DNA of 64,000 nt, from NCBI GenBank assembly GCA_039799905.1, contig JBDLRP010000042.1, positions 46,728-110,727 of the forward strand, read 5' to 3'. Within the stretch, counting starts at the first letter, position 1, and each line of letters begins with the position of its first letter. The notes below the pieces were generated by a model. The model searched no databases. It was not told the DNA's origin and worked only from the letters and a program-made list of their open reading frames with translations. Positions 1-8,552 of this stretch are shown in pieces. This DNA is from Pseudomonadota bacterium (GTDB lineage Bacteria > Bdellovibrionota_B > Oligoflexia > Silvanigrellales > Silvanigrellaceae). Made by a program: the position numbers and the translations under genes.

Positions 1-21
1 AATGTCTCCGGAGAACCCGCT

Positions 22-663
22 TTGAAAGTTGGTAAGGCCATAAGACGGTTGCTCACCGTGACTGCTCTTTCTGTTATTGGTTTAGTATTATTAACCAATC
101 TTATAATTATTGTTAAATTACCAATCTTCGCAAAGCCTGTGCTGCCTGAATTCTCCTCAAACACGGACCCAAACCAACGCCCCACCGTTATCGTGCTTGG
201 AGCAGGTGTCCGCCGCAGGGAGCTTTCGGGAATGTTGCGCTGCCGTATGCTCAAGGCCATTGAATTGTACAACAACCAACGCTCGACACGCGTGCTGCTC
301 TCGGGCGACGGCACCGATCCGCACTACAACGAGACCACGGCGATGCGAAAATTTGCTCTGCAAAATGGAATCAACGCCGATGCTCTGCTGACCGACCCTT
401 TGGGCTTTTCAACTTATGATTCCCTGCGCAGGGCAATCGAGGTGTTCGGCATTCGTTCGGCAATGATTGTCAGTCAGGACTTTCACCTGCAGCGTGCTAT
501 TTGGCTGGCAAACAGTTTTGGAATTCAGGCAAGCGGGGAATCGTGTGATTCTAAAAGTTCTTCCTACTTCTACGATTTCCGCGAAATTCTTGCCCGCTGC
601 AAAGACGTTTTTCTGCGCTGGTTCGACTTCGCTCCGCGCAGCAATCGGGAAGAAATATTCTAA
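22..663 (+). CDS. SanA/YdcF (DUF218, ElyC-like) membrane-anchored protein
   Basis: N-terminal TM helix; motifs VIVLGAG, LLSGDG..HYNE..AM, D.LGFSTYDS..RA, IVSQ.FH..RA and REILAR.K typical of SanA-like proteins; TTG start with GGAGA upstream. Confidence 0.85.
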   Translation: MKVGKAIRRLLTVTALSVIGLVLLTNLIIIVKLPIFAKPVLPEFSSNTDPNQRPTVIVLGAGVRRRELSGMLRCRMLKAIELYNNQRSTRVLLSGDGTDPHYNETTAMRKFALQNGINADALLTDPLGFSTYDSLRRAIEVFGIRSAMIVSQDFHLQRAIWLANSFGIQASGESCDSKSSSYFYDFREILARCKDVFLRWFDFAPRSNREEIF

Positions 664-668
664 CTGGA

Positions 669-2771
669 TTAAAGAGCTTTTCCGCGCGTCAATGCATTAC
701 GCAACGTGCCGGCTTTGACGATTCCCTTGCGCGATGTGTCCCTGAGATAGGCCTCGCGACTGATTTTGACCGCCCGAACCACGTCGGGCAGCACTTCGGT
801 CGAACGATTTTTTGAATTCCAATGTGTGATGCGCGCTTTCACATTTTTTCCGTCGGCGGCTTCGGTCACAACAGCAAGCGCAGCCAGTTCAGTGAGTCGG
901 GCACCATCGTCGAAAGCCTCTCCCTGCTGATAGAACGCAATCGGCATATCAGCTTTCAGACCAAACTGCCGCCCGCCGGTAAAGGAAAGCGTCACGACCT
1001 GTTCCTTCTGCTGAACAAGCGAGGCTTCAAAAGGAAGCGACTCAATCAGCGCATCAAAGGACTTGCGCGCCTGACTTTCAGGAGCCACCGAACGGGCCGC
1101 GTCGTGAAGTCCTTTTTGCTCAAAAAACTCTCTCCCCAGTGAATCAATCGCCGATAATTTAACAGTCCCATTCTGCTCGTCGTAATTCAGCGAAAGCAGC
1201 AGATCCCACTCACCATCGAGATGAGTTCCGCTCCAGCCCCGCGAAACGACTTCAGACAAACTTTCACCGGCCGCGGCAATGCGCGATTCCGACTCGGCAG
1301 AAACAACAGTCCTCACAGTCTGCAACTGCATCAGACGCGCGATGAAATCACGCCGCCAGCGGCGCACATCAGGATGCTTGACGACACCCTGAAAACTTCG
1401 GCCCGATGAACGCTCAACTATCGCCAAGGCAGGCAAATACGTTTGTTCCTGAGAAACAAAATAAGTGAGCGGTTCGGCATTTGCAGATTTTGCATCGTCC
1501 GGAGAGACGGCAAATTCATTGGGCCGCGCGCCGCGCACGCGGACGGCGGAGACGAACTGCGAGGGTGTTTTCGTATTGTTGTAAATTGCGAAACCGTCGG
1601 CAGCCGAAACTGCCAACTTACTCAAAGGAGAAAAGAGTTCAAAGTGCTCAACCTTACGCAACACTCCATAAGCTTCCTGCTGAACCAAAACCCCGTGGCC
1701 GCTGCCGCTTTGCAAATCGACACGCACCGTCCCCGCGCCCGTTTGTCCGTTTAAATTGACCGCGAAAGACTTTGGCGCGCAGCAGGGATGAAAAACGGTG
1801 AGACTCTCACCAATAAACTCGCGCGGAATACGCGTCTCGAATGTGCCATCAGCAGCCGTGTCACCGAGTTCCCGCACGCGGTTGTCGCGCAGACGGCTCA
1901 TGAATATCTTTGCTGCTGGCAAACTCTTCCCTTCATGATTCGCAACAACCTTCAAGACAAAGCGATTGAGCATCGTGTTCGGACTGACACTGTTTGACGG
2001 TTCAGCGCCAACACTCTGTGACGGAGCTGCTTTCAAGACACTTTCAGTGAGTGCAGGTGCAACTGGCGTTTGTTCAGTTTGCTCGCGCTGCTTCCATGGC
2101 CCGGCAGTCTGCATACGAACTCGCGGAGGAGCCGCATCAAGGCCATCGAGCGCACAGAAGCGATCAGTAAATCCGCTTATATTGCAACTCAAATACGCGC
2201 GCATTTGCTGAGGGCTTGTGGCAAAGAGTTCGCTTGGTGCACTTTCATCGCGCTGCGGTGCAGACGTCTCATCGCTGGCCGCGAGGGTTTCTTCACGCAG
2301 TGACGGCGCATCACCGCCCGCAATCTCGGCAGGCGCGCCTGCCTGCTGATCTCCAACCGGAACATCGATTGGTGAACGCAATTCAGAGCCGCCTGCTGTG
2401 TCCAGCGGTCCATCTTTGACAATCGGCAATAGAACATCGAGCTGGGTGGTTTTTTTGAACGGATTCCAGCTCACGTTTGCGCGCAAAGTCTGCGATAAAT
2501 GCAATCGTTCAAGCGAAGGGTCAGACACTGTTACCAACGAGTCGTCAAGCTCATAGCGGCGTCCGCCCAGCCGCACCACTCCGGCTGCGTCGGTCAACAA
2601 GACGTCCTGATCATCCAGAGCGACCCACACGCCCGCAATCGGACCTTCGCTGTCGACGACACGGACCTGCAGGGTGTGAGGCATGAGCGCAACCTTCGCG
2701 CCAACGCCAGCAACGACGGTAAAAATTCCAGCCGTTCCGCCCAGTAACCACATCAGCCTAGACTGATTCAT
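669..2771 (-). CDS. Hypothetical ~700-aa membrane-anchored exported protein; prealbumin/carboxypeptidase-regulatory-like modules and a FlgT-C-like tail
   Basis: Start re-assigned to ATG at 2771 (MNQSRLMWLLGG + hydrophobic helix), because the longer ORF-track extension is antisense to gltX; VRVVDSEGPIAGVWV..D....TDAAG motif; C-terminal LPFEA.LV....V.L...G...GLK pattern. Confidence 0.6.
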   Translation of the reverse strand: MNQSRLMWLLGGTAGIFTVVAGVGAKVALMPHTLQVRVVDSEGPIAGVWVALDDQDVLLTDAAGVVRLGGRRYELDDSLVTVSDPSLERLHLSQTLRANVSWNPFKKTTQLDVLLPIVKDGPLDTAGGSELRSPIDVPVGDQQAGAPAEIAGGDAPSLREETLAASDETSAPQRDESAPSELFATSPQQMRAYLSCNISGFTDRFCALDGLDAAPPRVRMQTAGPWKQREQTEQTPVAPALTESVLKAAPSQSVGAEPSNSVSPNTMLNRFVLKVVANHEGKSLPAAKIFMSRLRDNRVRELGDTAADGTFETRIPREFIGESLTVFHPCCAPKSFAVNLNGQTGAGTVRVDLQSGSGHGVLVQQEAYGVLRKVEHFELFSPLSKLAVSAADGFAIYNNTKTPSQFVSAVRVRGARPNEFAVSPDDAKSANAEPLTYFVSQEQTYLPALAIVERSSGRSFQGVVKHPDVRRWRRDFIARLMQLQTVRTVVSAESESRIAAAGESLSEVVSRGWSGTHLDGEWDLLLSLNYDEQNGTVKLSAIDSLGREFFEQKGLHDAARSVAPESQARKSFDALIESLPFEASLVQQKEQVVTLSFTGGRQFGLKADMPIAFYQQGEAFDDGARLTELAALAVVTEAADGKNVKARITHWNSKNRSTEVLPDVVRAVKISREAYLRDTSRKGIVKAGTLRNALTRGKAL

Positions 2772-2957
2772 CCGGACGCGCCCCCTCAGTTTGAACCGAA
2801 CCGCGGCAGCGGACCAGTCGATGCTCTGATTGTACGCGATCACGCATCGCAATGGGTTACAGGTGTGGCATTCATGACTCCTGCCCGCTCGCGTTGCCAA
2901 AGCGCTCTGAAGCGTGCAATAGTTCAGCTTTCTTATGATTTTATTGCCGAGGAAAGC

Positions 2958-4472
2958 ATGACCACGAGCAACACACGACCAGTCCGAGTCCGTATCGCCC
3001 CGAGTCCGACCGGTGATCCTCATATCGGCACCGCATACATTGCGCTCTTCAACTACGTATTCGCCAAAAAACATGGCGGAAAATTTATTGTCCGAATCGA
3101 AGACACCGATCAAACACGCTTCCGCAAAGACAGTGAAGGGATGATTCTCGACTGTCTGCGCTGGGTCGGTCTGCCTTGGGATGAAGGCCCCGACGTGGGC
3201 GGTCCGCATGCACCCTACCGGCAAAGTGAACGCACTCAGCTTTACCGCGAATATGCGCAGGTGCTGCTCAACAAGGGTCACGCGTACCGATGCTTCTGCT
3301 CGGGTGAACGGCTCGATCAGGTGCGTAAGGAACGCATGGCACAAAAGCAACAAGGTGGTTACGACCGTCATTGCCGCGAACTGGCTCAGGACGTTGTCGA
3401 GCAGAAATTGAAAAGCGGAGCCGCATTCACTATCCGGATGAAAATGCCGACGGGCGGAAGTACGAGCTTCAATGATGGTCTGCGCGGCATTGTGTCATTC
3501 GAGAACGACGGCATCGATGATCAGGTTTTGCTCAAAAGTGACGGCTTTCCCACCTACCATCTCGCCAACGTCGTCGACGACCACGAAATGCAAATTTCGC
3601 ACGTCATCCGCGGCGAGGAGTGGATCTCTTCAACGCCCAAGCACGTTGTCCTTTATGACATGTTCGGCTGGCAGCGTCCTGAATTCACGCATCTTCCGCT
3701 GCTGAGAAATGCAGACAAAAGCAAAATTTCGAAGCGCAAACAGCCAACCAGCATTAATTACTACCGACGCAAAGGTATTCTTCCAGACGCGCTGCGCAAC
3801 TACCTTGCCCTGATGGGCTGGAGCTACGGCGACGACAAGGAAATTTTTTCGACTCAGGACATGATTGAACACTTCTCCATCGAGCGCATGACCCTCGGCG
3901 GACCTGTTTTTGATCTCGAAAAACTCGCATGGCTCAACGGCCATTATATGCGTTCATTGCCGACCAATCAGTACGTCGGACATCTGCGCAAAGAAATTTT
4001 CTCGGAAGAAAATCTTGCACTGATCGTACCGCTCATCCGCGACCGCATCGAAAAATTTGAAGACTTTATTGGTGCAACACACTTTTTCTTTTCGGGCGAC
4101 TTGAAGTACGACGCACAGCTTCTGCTGCCCAAAGGCCGTTCGCCTGCCGACACGGCACAGGTTTTGAGCGACGCGCTTGACGCTCTCGAAGTTCTTGAAA
4201 CATGGAACGTCGCCGACATTACGGCTGCGATGGAGTCATTCCTCACCGCGAAAAATCTCAAGGCCAAGGATGTCTACATGCCGCTGCGGGTTGCAACGAC
4301 GGGCGCCAGAGAAACACCGCCGCTGTTCGATTCCATGGCCGTCATCGGCAAGGAAATGGTCCGGCGGCGCATCCGCTGCGCAGTAGCGAACCTAAACACA
4401 ATGCAGATTCCGGAGAGCACGCAGGCTCCGGCCGCAAACGACAAAAGCAAGCCAACAGCAGGGAAACACTGA
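2958..4472 (+). CDS. gltX: Glutamate--tRNA ligase
   Basis: [17 protein letters not shown] (HIGH-like), RIEDTD, CFC...YDRHC Zn motif, [28 protein letters not shown] at 2958 after GAGGA. Confidence 0.97.
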   Translation: MTTSNTRPVRVRIAPSPTGDPHIGTAYIALFNYVFAKKHGGKFIVRIEDTDQTRFRKDSEGMILDCLRWVGLPWDEGPDVGGPHAPYRQSERTQLYREYAQVLLNKGHAYRCFCSGERLDQVRKERMAQKQQGGYDRHCRELAQDVVEQKLKSGAAFTIRMKMPTGGSTSFNDGLRGIVSFENDGIDDQVLLKSDGFPTYHLANVVDDHEMQISHVIRGEEWISSTPKHVVLYDMFGWQRPEFTHLPLLRNADKSKISKRKQPTSINYYRRKGILPDALRNYLALMGWSYGDDKEIFSTQDMIEHFSIERMTLGGPVFDLEKLAWLNGHYMRSLPTNQYVGHLRKEIFSEENLALIVPLIRDRIEKFEDFIGATHFFFSGDLKYDAQLLLPKGRSPADTAQVLSDALDALEVLETWNVADITAAMESFLTAKNLKAKDVYMPLRVATTGARETPPLFDSMAVIGKEMVRRRIRCAVANLNTMQIPESTQAPAANDKSKPTAGKH

Positions 4473-4475
4473 AAC

Positions 4476-7220
4476 ATGCAAAAAGCGATGCACACGGGCG
4501 GTAAAAAGCCGACAATACGCCATAAGTTCCTTAACAACGGATGCGAATGTTACCTTGAACAGGTCGACTTCGCGCCGCTCGTGACGCTGCAGATGTGGGT
4601 CAAAACCGGAAGTTTAGATGAACGCGAACATGAGTTTGGCATGGCGCACGTGCTCGAACACATGTTGTTCAAAGGCACCGAGCGCTTTCCCAAGACCGGC
4701 GAAATCGCCCAGCGCGTTGAATCCGCCGGCGGTGAAATCAACGCGTACACAACCTTCGACCACACAGTCTTCTACATTAATGCTCCACGTGAATTTGCTT
4801 TTCAGGGCGCCGAACTTTTGTTTGACGTCGTCGGTTCCAGCCTGCTCGACAGCGAGGAACTCTCGCGTGAGCTGGAAGTCGTCATAGAAGAGATCCGCCG
4901 CAGCCGCGACAATCCGTCCGCACGCGTCAGCCACAGTCTTTTTTCCAACATCTTCACAGGCCATCCGAAGGCCAGACCGGTGATTGGCTACGAGGAGGTT
5001 GTCCGCAACTTCACACGCGAGACTCTCTCGGCGTTCTACAAACGCTGGTACATTCCGAATAACATGTTCTTTGTCGGCGCCGGAGATTTTGACCCGGCCG
5101 AAATGGACGCTCACCTGGAAACTCTTGCGCTCCGCTTTCCGGCAGGCAGTGTGCCCAACCGAGTTTGGAGCCGTCAGCACAAAACAGCACGCAAAGAAGC
5201 ACCCACCTGCCATGTGATTCATGGACCGTATCAGGAAACGCGGCTGCAATTTACAGTTCCCGCACCGTGTCTGGAAGACGATCAAACACCTGCGTGGGAC
5301 ATGTTCGCGAGCATTCTCGGACACGGTGATTCCTCGCGGCTGGCCCATGCGGTGAAAGACGAATCACAACTCGTGACAGCCATCGACTCCACATTGTACA
5401 CGCCGCGTTTTCCCTACGGCTTTGCCGGATTCGGCTTTTATGCCCGCACTGCCACGGCACACGATGCACTGTGCGCCGCTGTCGGTGAAATTTCCCGGCT
5501 CGCAAAAGAGGGACCCACCCAGGCCGAGCTTCAGCGCGTGCTGACTGCAGCCAAGGCCGAGAAGATTTATTCCAGTGAAAGTATCGAAGGTCATGTGCGA
5601 AACATCGGTAATAATCTTCTGACCGCAGCGCGCCTTGAGTTCGACACTCGCTTTCTTGAAAAACTCAGCAGAGTCAGCATTGAGCAGGTTCAGGCGTGTG
5701 CACAGGCGGTCTGCGACAACATTGCACAAGGTCAGGTCATCTGCGTTGCCGCCTGCAATCAGGAACATGCAGAGCTTTTCAACGAGTCCTCGCTCGCCGC
5801 AACCCTCACAAGCGTCTCCGAACAATTGCGCGCACAGAGCTCAACCAACGACAAGGCTCTGTCCGCGCAAGAGCGAATGGGTGCCGTGTCCCGCACCTCA
5901 GAACGCAATCCGGCGATACGGCAAATTTCAGCGCAGCTTGGCGATGGTGTCCGGCTCAATTTCAACACCAGAAATTCAACCCGCCTTCCCGTCGCCAGTC
6001 ATGTGCTTGTCTGGCGCTGGGGTCAGCATGAAGAACCCGAAGACAAAATCGGCCTCAATGCGTTTCTTGCTCAAATGCTGACCCGTGGTACCACACGGCA
6101 AAGCTATCGCAGTTTTGTAACGGAGCTTGAGGACATGGGCGCATCACTCAGCGCGTTCTCAACCCGCGATCTGTTTGGACTGCGGCTCGACGCACTCAGC
6201 GAAGTGCAACCCCGTGCACTCAAGATGCTCACCGACTGCTTATTCCGACCAGCTTTTGCCGAGGACCAGTTTGAACGCGTGCTGCGCGAAACCGAAGAGG
6301 TCCTGACCGCACAAAAAGACAGTCCGGGTTCACGCATGAGCCGTCTGAGCGGTCCGCTTCTTTACGGAACACATGCTTACGCCCGCCCGGCGCTGGGCAC
6401 GCTTGAAACGTTGAACAACATCAGTCTCGATGATCTGCACACACAATGGAACAGATTGTTGCTCACACAGTCATTCGTCTTTTCGGGAGCGGGTGATTTC
6501 AACTCCGACCAAACATTCGAGACAGTGGCCACAGAATTGGCCGCGGCAGCATCCCAGCGCGGTGAACGCGGCAATCATGTTTCTCCGTTGCGTACACCCG
6601 AATCGGCGCCACAAATGCCACGCACAGCGCGTGTCGGCTTTGACGTTCTTGAACGCGAACAGGCGCACGTCAGTCTTGCATTGCGTTCTTATCAACTGTC
6701 GGATTCTCGGCGCACGGCATTGGAAGTTGCCTGCGGCGTGCTCGGCGGACAAGGTGGACGTTTGTTCATGGACCTCCGCGATGCACAGTCACTGGCCTAC
6801 AGTCTGGGCTGCTCGCAATCTCCATCGCTGTGGGGCGGCAGTTTCAATTGCTACATCGGAACTGCGGCCGGAAAGGTGAAGCAGGCAATTGCGGGCATCA
6901 AGCATCACCTCGAGAAAATAGCTGCAGAAGCTCCCGATGCGGATGAGCTCAGCCGCGCGAAAAACACTCTTCTCGGCGGGCAGAGCCTGGACAGCCAGCA
7001 CCATCATTATCAATCGTCACAACTTGCAATGAGTGATGTGTATGGATTGGGCTTCGACAATTTTCTGGGCTTTAAAGAGCGCATCGAGAAGGTGAGCGCT
7101 GAACAAGTTTCTGCAGCAGTGCGCGACCTGCTGACCAATGAAGCTCCCTGTTTGACCATCATCGGCCCGAAAGAAACGTGGGTGCCGGAAAGCAGCGACC
7201 CACTTCTGAAGTTGAACTGA
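4476..7220 (+). CDS. M16 family zinc protease (pitrilysin/PqqL-like, two fused halves)
   Basis: GSLDE...GMAHVLEHMLFKGT (HxxEH), GGEINAYTTFDHT, YIPNNM; C-terminal half lacks the metal motif (LAQMLTRGT) and carries RLF.DLR...LAY. Confidence 0.92.
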   Translation: MQKAMHTGGKKPTIRHKFLNNGCECYLEQVDFAPLVTLQMWVKTGSLDEREHEFGMAHVLEHMLFKGTERFPKTGEIAQRVESAGGEINAYTTFDHTVFYINAPREFAFQGAELLFDVVGSSLLDSEELSRELEVVIEEIRRSRDNPSARVSHSLFSNIFTGHPKARPVIGYEEVVRNFTRETLSAFYKRWYIPNNMFFVGAGDFDPAEMDAHLETLALRFPAGSVPNRVWSRQHKTARKEAPTCHVIHGPYQETRLQFTVPAPCLEDDQTPAWDMFASILGHGDSSRLAHAVKDESQLVTAIDSTLYTPRFPYGFAGFGFYARTATAHDALCAAVGEISRLAKEGPTQAELQRVLTAAKAEKIYSSESIEGHVRNIGNNLLTAARLEFDTRFLEKLSRVSIEQVQACAQAVCDNIAQGQVICVAACNQEHAELFNESSLAATLTSVSEQLRAQSSTNDKALSAQERMGAVSRTSERNPAIRQISAQLGDGVRLNFNTRNSTRLPVASHVLVWRWGQHEEPEDKIGLNAFLAQMLTRGTTRQSYRSFVTELEDMGASLSAFSTRDLFGLRLDALSEVQPRALKMLTDCLFRPAFAEDQFERVLRETEEVLTAQKDSPGSRMSRLSGPLLYGTHAYARPALGTLETLNNISLDDLHTQWNRLLLTQSFVFSGAGDFNSDQTFETVATELAAAASQRGERGNHVSPLRTPESAPQMPRTARVGFDVLEREQAHVSLALRSYQLSDSRRTALEVACGVLGGQGGRLFMDLRDAQSLAYSLGCSQSPSLWGGSFNCYIGTAAGKVKQAIAGIKHHLEKIAAEAPDADELSRAKNTLLGGQSLDSQHHHYQSSQLAMSDVYGLGFDNFLGFKERIEKVSAEQVSAAVRDLLTNEAPCLTIIGPKETWVPESSDPLLKLN

Positions 7221-7245
7221 GGCCGGCTTTACATGCCGGCGTTCA

Positions 7246-8019
7246 TTACTGCGGTCCAACGCGTGTCATGTGGGTGTTATTCATGACGTTGTGGCGCAGC
7301 TCGGGCGTAGTGCCGCCGGCGGGGTCGAACGAGTTCAGGTCGTTGATGTAGATTCCGGTTGTGAGACGGTCGTCCTGCACGGATGCAATTTCATAGTTGT
7401 GATGCGGCAGGTTCTTCAAAGTGCAGCCGTTTCGCTGAATGACAACTGTTGTTTTCTCCTTGCGAACTTCGAGCGCCTGACACTCTGCTTTCAATGCGGC
7501 AATGTCTGCGTCATCTTGCCCCGACAAGTCCGAGCTCATGGAAAACGTCCATGCCTCAATGGTGAAGTCGATGTTACGGAAGCCTTTTACCGAGGCGGGC
7601 TTCAGCGTGAAATTTCCATTTACATAGACCAATTCCTGCGTATTCAGGGCGGCGTCACCCAACACAAAGGTTCCGCTCGTGGTGAATGTATCTTTCTTTA
7701 CGCTGCAGTTGTTTTCGTAGGTCACAAATTCACGGATGAAAGTTCCATCATTCAAAATCAATTTCTCTTCGCTTTGGGCACCGTCTGGAACACATGAACG
7801 CTGCCATGTTCCATCAATCGCGTCGGCGGCGGCTTCAGTGTATTCATTTGCAACCGGAACACCGCGTTCATTGGCATTGTGACTCGCACCTAGCTCCGTC
7901 GATGGCTGTTGTTTGGATTCTAAGACTCCGCAGCCTTGAAGAAATGCGAATGCACAGAGTGACAGTGGAAGAACCGACTGAGTGAAGCCTTTGAGAAGGC
8001 GAAGTTTGGCAGCAGACAT
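7246..8019 (-). CDS. Hypothetical lipoprotein
   Basis: Signal peptide ending FLQGC; GTW..SC lipocalin-like start of mature domain; AGGAG RBS. Confidence 0.7.
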   Translation of the reverse strand: MSAAKLRLLKGFTQSVLPLSLCAFAFLQGCGVLESKQQPSTELGASHNANERGVPVANEYTEAAADAIDGTWQRSCVPDGAQSEEKLILNDGTFIREFVTYENNCSVKKDTFTTSGTFVLGDAALNTQELVYVNGNFTLKPASVKGFRNIDFTIEAWTFSMSSDLSGQDDADIAALKAECQALEVRKEKTTVVIQRNGCTLKNLPHHNYEIASVQDDRLTTGIYINDLNSFDPAGGTTPELRHNVMNNTHMTRVGPQ

Positions 8020-8083
8020 GAAAGACTCCTTTGAACGATTTCTGCGAGTCGGGCCACACCGGCGCGCTCACTGCAGCCTCTTG

Positions 8084-8099
8084 AGCAAAAACAAAGCCA
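8084..8099 (-). promoter_or_regulatory. Putative sigma54 (-24/-12) promoter for the 7246-8019 lipoprotein
   Basis: Minus strand TGGCTTTGTTTTTGCT = GG-N10-GC with TGGC...TTGCT, 65 bp upstream of the ATG. Confidence 0.55.
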
Positions 8100-8366
8100 A
8101 ACAGTCTGACGTAGTAGTTACAGAGAGTTAATCAAACAATAGCCGACAGAACTACGTCATTGAGATACATTTTTTGCAGTTTATCGACGGCATTTTTTGT
8201 CTATCATCTAAAAACATACGTCTCGCGCGCAAATGCGCCGGTCACGCGGCTGAGATTCACCCAAAAGTGGCTGAACGATTCAGCCAAAGGCCTGCTGCCA
8301 TGCCAGAATTCATGTCGATTCTCGAACAGAGAGTGAAGTTCTGAGTGCATTGACAACACTCAGCTC

Positions 8367-8385
8367 CTGACAAACAGCCATTCAG
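8367..8385 (+). repeat. 19-bp direct repeat, copy 1 (upstream of ppc)
   Basis: CTGACAAACAGCCATTCAG, identical to 11329-11347. Confidence 0.9.
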
Positions 8386-8552
8386 ATGTCTGCCAGCTGG
8401 ACCAGACAGAACGTCGAATGATGAGCCAAAAACAATGAAAACTCTGATTCTTACGACTCTGCGAGCGAGTTCTGTCGCGCGCAGATTGGCCCTGCTTTGC
8501 GCAGTTGATTAGAAATCTCCTCACAGATGCGAATCCACGGAGGCACCAGCTC

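Noticed and set aside
2772..3371. N-terminal 200 aa of the 900-aa minus-strand ORF
   Set aside because: Largely antisense shadow of gltX; a plausible start with a membrane anchor lies at 2771
8487..8502. TGGC...TTGC upstream of ppc as a sigma54 promoter
   Set aside because: GG-to-GC spacing is 9 (or 11), not the required 10
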